The notes beneath the pieces are model-generated. The model was not told the origin of the DNA. It was given only the letters and a program-made list of their open reading frames with translations, and made no database searches. Source: Dehalococcoidia bacterium (GTDB lineage Bacteria; Chloroflexota; Dehalococcoidia; Plut-88900). Taken from it: DNA of 64,000 bases. The position numbers and the translations under genes were made by a program. The stretch is from the NCBI GenBank assembly GCA_965197585.1, contig OZ240215.1:1792001-1856000 (forward strand), given 5' to 3'. Below, piece after piece: positions 9,046 to 20,526 of the stretch (position 1 is the first letter of the stretch; every line of letters begins with the position of its first letter).

Positions 9046-9978
9046 CTACCTAACCCGAGGCAGCACCTCTTTGGCAAAAGCCTCGTACATCTCCTCCAAC
9101 TGCTCGGCTGGGCATTTCATCGAAATCACGATGTGCGTCAACCCGACATCGATGTACCGCTGGATACCTTCTATACAGTCATCCACCGAGCCAAAAGCGT
9201 AGCAGCCCTCGTCCCCATCGGTTACCTCTCTTCCAGACCCTTGGCGGATTACGGAACTGAGAGTCTGCCACGCATCCTCTCTGGACGGCCCTATGCAGCC
9301 GTACATTAGACAACCCCACTCAATGGCCTCGAGGTCCCGACCGAAGGAGGCTGCATAGTCCGATATCTTATCCTTACACTCTTTGTATAAACGTGGAGGT
9401 GCCCTGTTCAGGAATCCATCGCCGAAACGCCCGGCCCGCCTCAACGGGCCCTCTAAGACTTTCCCGTCCCAATATGCTGAGGTCCAGATCGGCAGGCTGT
9501 CTTCTCGTACTGGCCTGGGTAAAATCGTCAAGCTATCAAAGTTAAAATATTCGCCCTGGTAGCTCACGTTCGTTTCATGCACCAGCAGACGAAGCACATC
9601 AAGAGCTTCATCGTTCAACTTTGCTCGAGAAATATGACCCACTTGGGCCGCCCTCAGGTCGGTCCGTAATATCCCCAGCCCCGTCCCCAGTATCAGCCTT
9701 CCGTTGGACATGGCGTCCAGGGACAACGCGGTTTTCGCCAGTTGCACAGGGGGTCTCGCCGGAAGAATCAGGACGCTGGTGCCGAGCCGAATGCGCTTCG
9801 TCCGGGTAGCCGCCCCCGACAGAATTACCAGGGGGTCCAGGTCCGGCGTCGTCAGCAGGTCGGGCACCCAGAACGAGTCATAGCCCCAGCCCTCAGCCTT
9901 CTCCGCTAGAGATGCAGGCTCGACTACGTCTAGCGCAGTGCTCCTGGGGTATGTGACCCCATACTTAACCCGAGCCAT
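9046..9978 (-). CDS. LLM class flavin/F420-dependent oxidoreductase
   Basis: GYDSFWVPD, TKRIRLGTSVLILP, SNGRLILGTGLG, FAKEVLP. Confidence 0.9.
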   Translation of the reverse strand: MARVKYGVTYPRSTALDVVEPASLAEKAEGWGYDSFWVPDLLTTPDLDPLVILSGAATRTKRIRLGTSVLILPARPPVQLAKTALSLDAMSNGRLILGTGLGILRTDLRAAQVGHISRAKLNDEALDVLRLLVHETNVSYQGEYFNFDSLTILPRPVREDSLPIWTSAYWDGKVLEGPLRRAGRFGDGFLNRAPPRLYKECKDKISDYAASFGRDLEAIEWGCLMYGCIGPSREDAWQTLSSVIRQGSGREVTDGDEGCYAFGSVDDCIEGIQRYIDVGLTHIVISMKCPAEQLEEMYEAFAKEVLPRVR

Positions 9979-10002
9979 GTCCGAATGCCGTGGCCCGCGT
10001 CC

Positions 10003-11697
10003 CTACCCGACCATATCACTGCTGCGCAGCAGCTTGCCGGGCAATGCCCCCGTGCAGTCATTCCCCTCGAAAGTGACGGTGCCGTTGACTATCGTGTAGC
10101 GCAGGCCCGTAGGCTTCTGGATTAGACGGCGCTCATCCCCCGGGAAATCGTTGGCGAAGATTGCCTTGTCATACATGAACCCCAATTCGTCGAGGTTGTA
10201 GATCATTATGTCGGCCCATGACCCTACTTTCAGGGTGCCACGGTCTTTGAAATCGGCGAACCAGGCGGGTAGGGCGCTCATCTTGTAGTGGGCCTGTTCC
10301 AGGCTCATGATCTCCCTGTCCCTGATCCAGAACTGTAGCCAGTACACGGGCCACGTGCTTCCTGTAGCGAACTTGGTGTGGGCGCCGCCGTCTGAGACGG
10401 AGATGTGGCCGTAGGGATCATTGAATCGCCTTGCCGCTTTCTGGATTACGTCTTCACCTCGCAGGGTGGGCAGGGCGAACGTCGTCTCTAAGTCCTCATC
10501 CAGCGCCAGGTCAATAAAAGCGTCTACGGGGTGCTTGCCCGTCATTTCGGCCACCTCGCTGATGGGCCTTCCTTCAAATTGGACATTCCGTTCGTGGGCT
10601 GTTTCCAACACCTTGAGGATGGTCCAGGTAGTCCGGAAGTGCGGCACTCTCTCTACATCTTCCTTCATGGCCTGTCGAGTCTCGGGCACCCTAAGCTTGG
10701 CGGCTCTCTCCTCGGCGCTGCCCACCAGGGGCTGCACCCAGTTGGGCATGTAGTCGTATAGATTGTACTCGGAAAGTTTGAATTCACTGTCGAAAGGCGT
10801 ACACACTAGCTGCGTCACCAACGGGAGCCCCTCGGCACGGCACGCCTTCAACCAGTCCCGACCCTCGCCCAGTTGGGCATCCAGTATATGAAGTGGACGT
10901 CCGCTCTTCCTCATCAACTGCGTAGTCATGTTTCGCACGGCAGTACGCTCGTCCAATTCCAGACCCGACCCAATAGTCACCCCTATGTGGCCAACTCCGA
11001 ACCCGCGCATGACATCCGCCATCGCCAGGAACTCTTCGTCAGAAGCAACCACAGTGGGCAGTACGCTCCCATCCTCTGCCCTGTCTTCCAGGTTCTTGTC
11101 CAGGGCAAAGCCAAAAGCCCCCGCCTCCATGCTCTCATGAAACATCCGTTTCATCTCGTTCAGCTCTACATCCGTTACGGAAGTCCTCTCCCGAGCTGCG
11201 TACATTCCCAGCACATAGCCCCTCATAGGCGAAAATGGGAACAGCGCCCCTACGTTCAGCCCGAGCCCCTGCCTGTCTAGGCTATCCAGATACTCTGGGA
11301 AAGTCTCCCAGTCCCAGCGCATTCCCAGTCTCATGGACTTCAGCGGTATGGCCTCGATTCGGTCCATCATCCGCATGTTCAGGTCCCGGTCTTCGGGCCT
11401 CGTAGGTGCGAAACCGAAGCCGCATTGGCCGATGGTAAGGGAAGTTACCCCGAACCACCCGGACAGAGAGGCGTACGGGTCCCAGTTGAGCTGGGCGTCA
11501 TAGTGGGTATGCAGATCGACTGCCCCGGGCGCTACAAAGCAGCCGGACGCATCGATCTCTTTGGCGGCGCCCACCGGAATGTTGCCGCTGATCATTGCCA
11601 CCCGGCCATCCTTCACCGCCACGTCAGCCTGACGACGGGGGACGCCTGTACCGTCTATGACCGTTCCGCCCCTTATTACCAGATCGTACTCTCTCAT
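10003..11697 (-). CDS. N-acyl-D-amino-acid deacylase-like amidohydrolase
   Basis: DLVIRGGTVIDGTG, APGAVDLHTHYD, SDGGAH motifs. Confidence 0.88.
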   Translation of the reverse strand: MREYDLVIRGGTVIDGTGVPRRQADVAVKDGRVAMISGNIPVGAAKEIDASGCFVAPGAVDLHTHYDAQLNWDPYASLSGWFGVTSLTIGQCGFGFAPTRPEDRDLNMRMMDRIEAIPLKSMRLGMRWDWETFPEYLDSLDRQGLGLNVGALFPFSPMRGYVLGMYAARERTSVTDVELNEMKRMFHESMEAGAFGFALDKNLEDRAEDGSVLPTVVASDEEFLAMADVMRGFGVGHIGVTIGSGLELDERTAVRNMTTQLMRKSGRPLHILDAQLGEGRDWLKACRAEGLPLVTQLVCTPFDSEFKLSEYNLYDYMPNWVQPLVGSAEERAAKLRVPETRQAMKEDVERVPHFRTTWTILKVLETAHERNVQFEGRPISEVAEMTGKHPVDAFIDLALDEDLETTFALPTLRGEDVIQKAARRFNDPYGHISVSDGGAHTKFATGSTWPVYWLQFWIRDREIMSLEQAHYKMSALPAWFADFKDRGTLKVGSWADIMIYNLDELGFMYDKAIFANDFPGDERRLIQKPTGLRYTIVNGTVTFEGNDCTGALPGKLLRSSDMVG

Positions 11698-11846
11698 CGC
11701 ATAACCCTTCGTTTACAGATTTGATTGCTTGCTATCTTTTGTATGCTATCGACTGGTCATCCTTACACAGATCAACCTTCCGCAAGTCGCTGAGGCACTA
11801 GAACTATGACTCAGGTCTGATGTTACATCATATGCAGTCGCAGACT

Positions 11847-12911
11847 CTACCAGGACTTCAATACCGGCAGGACTTCTTTCGCAAAGAGCCTCAAGCCTCG
11901 CTCCGCAACAGGAAGAGGCGTACCGCCGAAGCGGAAGGCGATGTTCAACTCGAAATCGCCAAGCAGGGCTCTGCGTTCCTCAAGCCCGCGTAGAATCTTG
12001 TCCGGCGTGCCCCAGCTAGCCGCCTTCATGAAACCCTTGACCGCCCCTTCAAGACCCGCCGAACGAGCGATTTCAGCTTTCTGCTGATACGCGTTGTATC
12101 CCTTCACCGACTTAAAGTGGTCGCTAAGAAACTCGTAGTGATAAAAGTTGCTCTCGACAAATTTGCCCTGGTATTGGAGCGCATCTTCTTCGGCCTCTGC
12201 CAGATCGGGGCCGCATATGGCGAATTCGGTGAGCAGCAAGGTTGGTGGCTCCGTACCGTGAAATTCACGGTGCAAGGCTCGGCCGCGCTCAATCCCCTCC
12301 ATCCGCATTTCCCAGGGACGATCAGCAAACATAATAATGTGTGCGCCAAGTTTGGCCGCCGAGAGAATAGAATCGTCGCTAGCGGCAACGGCGTAGATGC
12401 GCCCATCGAAGGAATGCTGCGGTCGAGGCCTGAGCTCCGTTCGAGGTTGTTTGAAGTAGGTCCCGTCTCCCTCAATGAACCCTGTCCGTAAGGCATCAAC
12501 GATCATGGGCGCCGCTTCGTCGAAACGGCCCCGAGACTCATCCATACTGATCCCAAAGGCCTGGAACTCCCGGCGCGCCAGACCTCGCCCAAGCCCCAGC
12601 CGTAGCCTGCCATTGCTCAACATGTCGAGAACGGCAGCGTTTTCCGCCACCCGCACCGGGTCATGCCAGGGAAGTATCACGGCGGCCGTGCCCACGTCGA
12701 TGTTGGGGTGCTTGGCAGCCAGATGGGTCATAAGCTGGAGATTGTCCGGTACGAAGGAATAATCGTTGAAATGGTGCTCCGTCGACCAGAGGCAGTCGAA
12801 CCCCAGGTCCGCAGCTATATCAGCAAGGTACAGGTCTTCTTTCCACATCTGACCGTCCGAGCCATCGTCCCAGCCGTAGCTGGAAAAGATCATCATCATT
12901 CCGACATCCAT
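11847..12911 (-). CDS. LLM class flavin-dependent oxidoreductase
   Basis: GFDCLWSTEHHF, LPWHDPVRVAE, GRLRLGLGRG. Confidence 0.92.
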   Translation of the reverse strand: MDVGMMMIFSSYGWDDGSDGQMWKEDLYLADIAADLGFDCLWSTEHHFNDYSFVPDNLQLMTHLAAKHPNIDVGTAAVILPWHDPVRVAENAAVLDMLSNGRLRLGLGRGLARREFQAFGISMDESRGRFDEAAPMIVDALRTGFIEGDGTYFKQPRTELRPRPQHSFDGRIYAVAASDDSILSAAKLGAHIIMFADRPWEMRMEGIERGRALHREFHGTEPPTLLLTEFAICGPDLAEAEEDALQYQGKFVESNFYHYEFLSDHFKSVKGYNAYQQKAEIARSAGLEGAVKGFMKAASWGTPDKILRGLEERRALLGDFELNIAFRFGGTPLPVAERGLRLFAKEVLPVLKSW

Positions 12912-12964
12912 CTGAGTTCTCCTTCAGATTCATTCAATTTGCTGACCCGCCCGAGTGATACGTG

Positions 12965-13807
12965 TCAAAAGCTCGGCTTGGTGGAAAAGGGGGTCAATTG
13001 GAGTTCGTGGCTCCAGCAGGACTTGTCCTGAGTGTACAGATAATAGAAGGCTTCGGCGATCTTAACTGGATTCATCAGCAATTCAGGCTGTTGCTGTGCC
13101 CGTGGCAGGGCTCGGGTGCCGGGAGAATCAATGAGGCCGTCGATCACCACATTGGCAACATGTACTCCATGCTCGGAATATTCCTCCGTCAACGCCTGCG
13201 CCAGCGTCCGCATCAACACCCTCGGATAGTATAGTGATTGTCCCGTGTACCGCTTTTTACCCCGCAACGACGCCGGATTGTTGGAAAACAGAATAGAGCC
13301 TTCGCCTCGCTCCCGCATGGCAAGCAGCACTTCCTTAACGACCAGGAACGGGCCGCTGCTGGATATGTGCTGTGCCGTTTCGAACATTTCGAAGGGAATG
13401 TGTTCCAACAATTCCTTTTCCGGCGGAAGGTCACGCCCCTCCAGATACCCCGCGTTATAGACCAAAACATGCGGGTCGCCGACCTTATCTCGGATCTGTG
13501 CGAACGCTTCCGTTATGGACTCCTGAGACGCGAGGTCCAGTTCCACGATCATGCTTTCGCCGCGCTGTTCCCGAATCGCTTCCTCCAATGCAGCCGCGTT
13601 GGCAGCCTTTCGGGTAGTCAACACGACGAAGAATCCCTCCCTTGCAAACTTTAGGGATATGGCTCCCCCAACCCCCCAGCGCACGTCAACGGGCAGCTCG
13701 CTGTCATCGATCGCCCCGCCGTGTACCAAATGGGTGTTCCGTCCGTCTGACTGCCACTTGGATGTCGCCCCCACCACTACGGCGACCGGCTTTCGGGTTG
13801 AGTTCAT
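12965..13807 (-). CDS. Atypical SDR family oxidoreductase
   Basis: Rossmann strand VAVVVGA, LVYNAG, VHVANVVIDGLID. Start re-called to ATG at 13807 after AAGGA. Confidence 0.8.
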   Translation of the reverse strand: MNSTRKPVAVVVGATSKWQSDGRNTHLVHGGAIDDSELPVDVRWGVGGAISLKFAREGFFVVLTTRKAANAAALEEAIREQRGESMIVELDLASQESITEAFAQIRDKVGDPHVLVYNAGYLEGRDLPPEKELLEHIPFEMFETAQHISSSGPFLVVKEVLLAMRERGEGSILFSNNPASLRGKKRYTGQSLYYPRVLMRTLAQALTEEYSEHGVHVANVVIDGLIDSPGTRALPRAQQQPELLMNPVKIAEAFYYLYTQDKSCWSHELQLTPFSTKPSF

Positions 13808-13963
13808 GTTGGATTCCTTTCGTGGAGATGTATGCTGCCGGTGATCATCGAAAGTCTTTCCTGCTGGCAATGATCACTCCGCCCACCTGCGCTATAAGCA
13901 ATTCCAAATATAGGAGGATTGTTTCAATAGAGCCCAAGGAGGGTTTAGCTCCTTGGCACGGGT

Positions 13964-15946
13964 CTAACCGGTCTTCAATCCTGTCAACTTGCCGTCGATA
14001 GTCTCCGCCTCCAACGACAACCTCGCCCACTCCTCCCAGAGGGAGTCCGTCTCCTCTTTGAGTATGCGGTACTGCTCTCCTGAGGCGGCTATCTGGTCCG
14101 GCTCGTCAAACAAGTCGGGATTGGAGAACTTTGCCTCCAACTCCGCCATGCGGGCCTCGTGGTTGGCTAGGGAACCGTTTATTTTATCAATCAGCCTCGC
14201 CAGTCTGCGGGCCTCTTTGCTAAGTGACCGGCGCTGCAGTTCCTCAGCGCTGGTCGCCCGACCATTGCGGTTCCCACTCAGCTCCTGTACCAAGGAATCA
14301 ACATCCGCTCCGTTGGCCGTTGAATTGGCGCTCCCCTTGTTGGTGTTAGTTTGCTTTTGATACAGATAGCTGTCGTAGTCCCCCGGGAAAACCGTGGGTT
14401 GGCCCCCATCTATTTCTACAATCTTGTTTGCGACCTGCCGCATTAGTGTCCGGTCGTGAGTTATGAAACAGATAGTGCCGTGATAGTCACCAAGTGCGTC
14501 CGCAAGAATCTCCCTGGAAGCGATGTCAAGGTGATTTGTCGGCTCGTCCATGAGGAGCAGATTGCTTGGCTGTAACAGCAGCTTGGCCAAGGCCACCCTG
14601 GCCTTTTCACCACCGGACAGTACGGAAATGGGCTTGAGGACATCGTCACCGCTGAACAGGAATCCCCCGAGAGTCGTGCGCAGGTTCTGCTCCGTTTCCG
14701 CTGGTGCCGACTTCTGCACCTCTTCAATCATCGTGTTGCCCGGGTCCAGAAGTTCAAGCACGTGCTGTGCGTAGTAAGTAGTGATTACGTTATGACCGGT
14801 CTTTCTCTCCCCACTGTCAAATTGAATCACGTTTGCGAGTATCTTCAGCATCGTTGTCTTGCCCGCGCCGTTGGGCCCGACCAACGCAACACGATCTCCC
14901 CGCGAAAGTGTCAGACTAATGCCTTGGTAGACCACGTTTTTACCGTAAGACTTGCTTAGGTTTCTCAGTGAAATAACCTCGGAACCGCTGCGCGGGGGCT
15001 CCGGGAATGAATAGCGGACCTTTTTGGTGGCCCTCGGCAACTCGATGATCTTAATTTTTTCCAGCTGCTTCACACGGCTCTGCACCTGGGTGGCCTTCCT
15101 GGCCTTGGATCGAAAACGATCGATAAAGCGCATTTGTTTCTGTATCTGGCGCTCCTGCCTCGCCGAGGCCGCCACCTTGACCTGGAGGTTGCGCTCCCGT
15201 GCAAACAGGTAATCGTCATAGTTGCCCTTGTGAAGCACGGCTTCGTCCGTCTCAATGGCAAGTACCTTTGTTGCGGTCTGGTTCAGAAAGGCACGGTCGT
15301 GAGATGTGACAAGCACACCACCCTGAAAAGAGGCTAGATACTTCTCAAACCAGAGGTTTGCATCCAGGTCAAGGTGATTGGTTGGCTCATCAAGGAGCAA
15401 CAGGTTGGGCTTCCTGAACAGTATTCTGGCTAGTCCAGCCCGCATGACCCATCCACCGCTGAACTCGCTCATAGGCCGGAGAAAGTCGGCCTGCTTGAAA
15501 CCAAGGCCCGATAGCACAGCCTTGGCTTCGTGTTCTCTGTCGTTTCCGCCGGCCGCCTCCAACTCCATGTCAAGCTTGCCGAGGCGCTCCAGCAGGTAGC
15601 CCTGCTGCACAGGGTCGGCTTCCGATGACAGGACCTCCTGTACGGCGGCAATTTCACTCACTAAAGCGTTCACTTCCGATCCGGCGTCCAACACCTCTTG
15701 GAGAAGAGGCTTGCCGGTAAACGAATCGGGCTCCTGCTTGAGATAGCCCACGGTAACGTTGCGCTGCCTGGATACGCTCCCTGTGTCCGGAGCCATTTCA
15801 CCCGCCAGGATATCCATGAGCGTGGTCTTACCGGAGCCGTTTGGGCCAATCAGCGCAATACGGTCCCCGGCGGTCAGGTTCAATGTGAGGCCACTGAACA
15901 GGGTCCTGTCTGAATAGGTCTTGCTGATGTCGGATCCAACTAGCAT
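13964..15946 (-). CDS. ABC-F family ATP-binding protein
   Basis: Two ABC domains ([25 protein letters not shown]; [14 protein letters not shown]), no TM segments, C-terminal coiled coil. Confidence 0.93.
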   Translation of the reverse strand: MLVGSDISKTYSDRTLFSGLTLNLTAGDRIALIGPNGSGKTTLMDILAGEMAPDTGSVSRQRNVTVGYLKQEPDSFTGKPLLQEVLDAGSEVNALVSEIAAVQEVLSSEADPVQQGYLLERLGKLDMELEAAGGNDREHEAKAVLSGLGFKQADFLRPMSEFSGGWVMRAGLARILFRKPNLLLLDEPTNHLDLDANLWFEKYLASFQGGVLVTSHDRAFLNQTATKVLAIETDEAVLHKGNYDDYLFARERNLQVKVAASARQERQIQKQMRFIDRFRSKARKATQVQSRVKQLEKIKIIELPRATKKVRYSFPEPPRSGSEVISLRNLSKSYGKNVVYQGISLTLSRGDRVALVGPNGAGKTTMLKILANVIQFDSGERKTGHNVITTYYAQHVLELLDPGNTMIEEVQKSAPAETEQNLRTTLGGFLFSGDDVLKPISVLSGGEKARVALAKLLLQPSNLLLMDEPTNHLDIASREILADALGDYHGTICFITHDRTLMRQVANKIVEIDGGQPTVFPGDYDSYLYQKQTNTNKGSANSTANGADVDSLVQELSGNRNGRATSAEELQRRSLSKEARRLARLIDKINGSLANHEARMAELEAKFSNPDLFDEPDQIAASGEQYRILKEETDSLWEEWARLSLEAETIDGKLTGLKTG

Positions 15947-16159
15947 GTCGTTTTGCCTTGTCTATCATCCTATCCGCACGATGCAACTGCAAGGTGCGGG
16001 CACGGGTTTTCATAACAGTTTAAAATAAGTGCGCCTAACTTGACGGTATGCAATTGGAACAGCCGCTTGAGCGACTCCTAAAAGAGCCCTCCCGTCAGAC
16101 CTTGTTTAGACACCTACCGAATCCAAGGACACTTGAATGCCAACCGTGATAAGAAATCT

Positions 16160-19100
16160 ATGAGCGCGAAGTTGAAGTCAGCATTAGTCCTCACCTCTAT
16201 CACTCTGATGTTAGTTGTGTTAGTAGCTTGCGGCTCACAACCCTCCCCCACTGCAGGCCCTGGACCCGTGGCAACGCCCACTCTGGTGCCCACACCAACC
16301 GCTTCGCCGGCGGTACCCACCCCCACCACAACCCCCGAGCCCACGCCTACTCCTGTGCCGGCGGTACCCACCCCCACCCCAACTCCCGAGCCCACGCCTA
16401 CGCCAACTCCTATGCCCACCGAGCCGGTCGAGCCGGAAACTGAGGTAGAGGAACCCCTGGACTTCGACCCCCTGGTGGTCCGCGGTACTCTTTCCAACGG
16501 CCTGAGCTACTACATCAGACACAACGAAGAGCCGCGCGACCGCGCCCAGATAGCCCTGGCGATAAAGGCGGGTTCGGTGCTCGAGGAGGAGAATCAGCGC
16601 GGGCTGGCTCACTTCGTAGAGCACATGGCATTCAACGGCACCGAGCGCTTCGCCAAGCAAGAGATAATCGAATACATCGAGTCCATCGGCAGTACCTTTG
16701 GCCCCGACCTGAACGCCTACACCGGTTTCGACGAAACCCTGTATTTTCTGGAGATTCCGACAAACGATCCCGAAATCACCGAAAACGCTTTCCAGATCCT
16801 AAGTGACTGGGCTTATGCAATAAGCTTCGACCCGGAGGAGGTTGAGCTGGAGCGTGGCGTGGTGCTGGAAGAGTGGCGTTTGAGCCAGGGATTCAACTCC
16901 CGCCTCCAGGATAACTTGCTCTCACTGCTCTTCGGGTCCTCTCGCTACGCCGACCGGGCCCCTATTGGACTCACGGAAATCATTGAAAACGCGCCCGTAG
17001 AGCGCCTGATCGAATACTACCAGCGTTGGTACAGGCCCGACTTGATGGCCGTCGTCGCCGTGGGTGATTTCGATATTGTGGAGATGGAAGCCAAGGTGAA
17101 GCAGCACTTCGCCCCCCCTCCCGAAGGCGAGGCTTACCAGGAGCGCGCTGTCATCGCACCCTCCACCGAAAGGCCCACTTTCGATGTCCCCGGCTACGAC
17201 GAGACGCGTATCGAGGTCTTTACCGATGCAGAATCCCCCGGATCCCAGTTCATCCTCATCCGAAACCACACTCCCGACAAGGGTCAAGACTTGTTGGCAT
17301 TCCGGCGCTATGTCGTGGAAAGCCTTGCCTTCATGATGCTCAACGCACGACTCTTTGAGCGCACTCAATCCGCCGATCCACCCTACCTGTGGGCCGGAAG
17401 CGGACGTTCAGCATATGTAGAGTCCCTGGATATTTTGACGTTCCAGGCATGGGTGGAGCCCGATGGCATCGAAACTGGTCTGGGTGCGGTACTGGAGGAA
17501 ATGCAGCGCGTACGGCAGCACGGCTTCACTGAAGGCGAACTGGCCCGAGAAAAGAGCAACCTGCTCAGCTCGGTGGAAAGCGCGTACAAGCAACGGGAAC
17601 AGACATCGTCAGGTACCCTCGTCGACGAGTACGTAGACCACTTTTTCAGCGGAACGCCCGTTCCCGGCATAGAAGCTGAATGGGAGCTCTACCAGGAAGT
17701 GCTGGCGCAGATTTCCTTGGCAGAGTTCGGTGAAGTGGCGGAATCCTGGACTCAGTCCGGGAACACAGGGCTGCTGGTCGTACGCCCCGAAGAAACTGAA
17801 GCCAACTCGGATGCGGACTTGGCAGTAGCCACGCTGGCTCAAATCAAGGGAGCCCCAGCACTGACGGTAGATCCCTACGCAGATGACGTAGGAGATGTTC
17901 CCCTGCTGGCAACTATCCCGACCCCGGGAAGCATAACCGCAGAAGAGCAAATAGAGTCTATCGACACCGTAAAGTGGACGCTGTCCAACGGCATTACCGT
18001 AATAGCCAAACAGACCGACTTCAAAAACGACGAGGTCGTATTCAGGGCCTTCAGCCCAGGCGGGCACTCCCTCGTGTCCGATGATGACCACGTGTCCGCT
18101 ACCTACGCCGCACAATTGGTTTCCGGAAGCGGCGTAGGCCCGCACGACAATGTGACTCTGGACAAGCTGCTAGCCGGCCAGAGGGTCTCAGTATCTCCAT
18201 ATATAGAGGAGTTGTTTGAAGGCTTTAGTGGCAGTGGCTCACCGGAGGACATGGAGACCCTGTTCCAACTAATCACGTTGTATGCAACCGAACCTCGGCT
18301 GGATCCGGCTTTTTTCTCGAATTACGAATCGAGGCTGCGCAGCGTCGCCGAGATCAACGCCGCCGAGCCGGACTCAGTCCTTTTTGATACCGTAAACGCC
18401 CTGCTGGCCCAGAACCACTTCCGTGCCCGCCCTCTTTCAGTAGAACTGCTGGAAGAGCTGAGCATTGAACAGGCCGAGGCCGTCTACGCGGAACGGTTCG
18501 CAGACTTGAGCGATTCAACCTTCGTATTTGTGGGCGCGTTCGACTGGGATGAACTCCGCTCGTTGACTGCCACCTACCTGGCCAGCTTGCCAAGCACAGG
18601 TCGGTCCGAACAGTGGCAAGACCACGGGATTGACCCGCCGCCCGGTCTGGTAGACCACGCTGTTTACAGTGGGACTGAGCCCCGCAGCAACACATTAGTG
18701 CTTTTCGCCGGAGATATGGAGTGGAGCCACCAGGAGGCCCTCACTCTTAACGTGGTCGGCGAGGTGCTCGGGATTCGATTGCGGGAACGAGTCCGCGAAC
18801 AATTGGGCGGCACGTACAGCATTGGTGTAAGCGCGAGTGGCTCCAGCCTCCCAGACCAGGAGTACTTGGCCTACGTCATCTTTGGCAGCGATCCCACCCG
18901 CGTCGAAGAGCTTTTCGCCGAGGTGATTGCGGAAATTGACTGGCTGCGTGAGGGAGGTGAACAGAGCTACCTGGACACCGTCAAGGAGCTCATGCGAACC
19001 TCCCGAGAGGAACAGCTGCGGGACAACGGGTTCTGGCTTGGTCAGATCCAGGCCGCGGCCCAGCGGGTTGAACCTTTCACGGAAATCACCGGCTTCGACG

Positions 19101-19204
19101 AACGGCTGGAGGCATTAACGCTGGAGGAAGTCGCGTCCGCAGCTGAACGCTACCTGACCACGGACCGATACCTGCGGGTAGTGCTGTTCCCCGTAGAGGA
19201 ATAA
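16160..19204 (+). CDS. M16 (insulinase/PqqL-like) zinc protease lipoprotein
   Basis: Lipobox LVAC, PT-rich linker, GLAHFVEHMAFNG (HxxEH), four M16 domains. Confidence 0.92.
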   Translation: MSAKLKSALVLTSITLMLVVLVACGSQPSPTAGPGPVATPTLVPTPTASPAVPTPTTTPEPTPTPVPAVPTPTPTPEPTPTPTPMPTEPVEPETEVEEPLDFDPLVVRGTLSNGLSYYIRHNEEPRDRAQIALAIKAGSVLEEENQRGLAHFVEHMAFNGTERFAKQEIIEYIESIGSTFGPDLNAYTGFDETLYFLEIPTNDPEITENAFQILSDWAYAISFDPEEVELERGVVLEEWRLSQGFNSRLQDNLLSLLFGSSRYADRAPIGLTEIIENAPVERLIEYYQRWYRPDLMAVVAVGDFDIVEMEAKVKQHFAPPPEGEAYQERAVIAPSTERPTFDVPGYDETRIEVFTDAESPGSQFILIRNHTPDKGQDLLAFRRYVVESLAFMMLNARLFERTQSADPPYLWAGSGRSAYVESLDILTFQAWVEPDGIETGLGAVLEEMQRVRQHGFTEGELAREKSNLLSSVESAYKQREQTSSGTLVDEYVDHFFSGTPVPGIEAEWELYQEVLAQISLAEFGEVAESWTQSGNTGLLVVRPEETEANSDADLAVATLAQIKGAPALTVDPYADDVGDVPLLATIPTPGSITAEEQIESIDTVKWTLSNGITVIAKQTDFKNDEVVFRAFSPGGHSLVSDDDHVSATYAAQLVSGSGVGPHDNVTLDKLLAGQRVSVSPYIEELFEGFSGSGSPEDMETLFQLITLYATEPRLDPAFFSNYESRLRSVAEINAAEPDSVLFDTVNALLAQNHFRARPLSVELLEELSIEQAEAVYAERFADLSDSTFVFVGAFDWDELRSLTATYLASLPSTGRSEQWQDHGIDPPPGLVDHAVYSGTEPRSNTLVLFAGDMEWSHQEALTLNVVGEVLGIRLRERVREQLGGTYSIGVSASGSSLPDQEYLAYVIFGSDPTRVEELFAEVIAEIDWLREGGEQSYLDTVKELMRTSREEQLRDNGFWLGQIQAAAQRVEPFTEITGFDERLEALTLEEVASAAERYLTTDRYLRVVLFPVEE

Positions 19205-19393
19205 CAGTCCGGGTAATCCCCCAGACCACCCCCGACGCCTTTGCTCCCCCTGTTCAGCCAAGAGTTGAGCCCGAATGGAGGCGCATAAGGCCTTGGCACA
19301 ATGTCCCCCGCAACCAATGGGGCAACAAAGCATGGTGCTTAGTCCAATCAAGGTATATCCTCTTGGATACTATGTTGCCCGGAGGAGGCTGTT

Positions 19394-20431
19394 ATGAAGT
19401 TGGACTTTAGCGTCGGCCTGGGCCGTACCGAATCAGTCCACGAGATAGGGGAGTATGCAAGGTTTGCAGAGGACAGTGGGTTCAAGCAATTAACCCTTAT
19501 AGACATGCCCTTCGTCGGCCGCGACGTACATACTTTGATGGCCCTCTCCGCTCAGAGCACCAGATCAATCCTTATAGGCCATGGGGTAACCACCCCGATA
19601 ACCTTCCACCCGATGTCAATTGCCAACGCCACCGCCAGCATTAACGAGCTGTCCGGGGGTCGTGCCTTTGTCGGCCTGGGAGTCGGCGGGCCTTTCGAAA
19701 CTGTCCTGAAGCGGCCTGCTCCAGTCAAGGAAATGCGTGAAGCCGTGAATTTCATCCGAAATTTCATGTCTGGGGAGGAAGCGGAATACCGAGGAGCGAA
19801 AGCACACTCGGAGTGGATACGGGACCCGGTGCCCATCTACTTGGCTGCAGAGCGTCCGAGGATGTTGCAGCTTGCCGGCGAAATCGCCGACGGAGTGATC
19901 TCAATCGGGACCAATCCGGAGTGGGTCAGGTGGAAGATGGCGCAGGTTGAGAAGGGAGCGCTCAGGGTTGGCAGGGATCCTGCAGAGGTGGAGTTCTGGG
20001 TCCGCACCATGATATATGTCGCCGACAACAAAGAGGACGCCCGAGAGGAGGTTGCTCCTTATCCCCTTGCCTATGGCCACCTACATACGCTTTTCGAACA
20101 GGATACCCCCGAGGTAAACGAGCTACGCCGAGGACTGGAACGGGCAAATCCGGGACTGATCGAGGAACTTGCCTCCGATTCTAGACGGGTCGCCGACGCT
20201 TATGAGCCCTACGGTGTCGAGCGGCTCGATGCGCCCTGGGCGAAACATGTCACTGCTACCCTGATTGATTATTTTCATCTGACAGGTAAACCGGATGACA
20301 TCAACGAAAGAATCTCCCTTTTAGGGGAGATGGGAGTAAAGAACATCTCCACCGTGATGTTCACAATCCTGGACAAGAAAGGAATGATGCGGTCAATTAG
20401 AGACGAGATCATGCCCCACTTCCAAGCCTAG
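19394..20431 (+). CDS. LLM class (Mer-like, probably F420-dependent) oxidoreductase
   Basis: GGAGG RBS; ELSGGRAFVGLGVG, VPIYLAA, LAGEIADG. Confidence 0.88.
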   Translation: MKLDFSVGLGRTESVHEIGEYARFAEDSGFKQLTLIDMPFVGRDVHTLMALSAQSTRSILIGHGVTTPITFHPMSIANATASINELSGGRAFVGLGVGGPFETVLKRPAPVKEMREAVNFIRNFMSGEEAEYRGAKAHSEWIRDPVPIYLAAERPRMLQLAGEIADGVISIGTNPEWVRWKMAQVEKGALRVGRDPAEVEFWVRTMIYVADNKEDAREEVAPYPLAYGHLHTLFEQDTPEVNELRRGLERANPGLIEELASDSRRVADAYEPYGVERLDAPWAKHVTATLIDYFHLTGKPDDINERISLLGEMGVKNISTVMFTILDKKGMMRSIRDEIMPHFQA

Positions 20432-20526
20432 GATTATCCCTGGAGACATTTCCGGCCCGCCAACCAACGCGAACTGCATATAGAACTGCGCCACTCCAAC
20501 ATGCGCTGACTCTCAGGAGGAACACA

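Noticed and set aside
16290-16425. C-rich repeats as a DNA repeat element
   Set aside because: They encode the Pro/Thr linker of the M16 lipoprotein.
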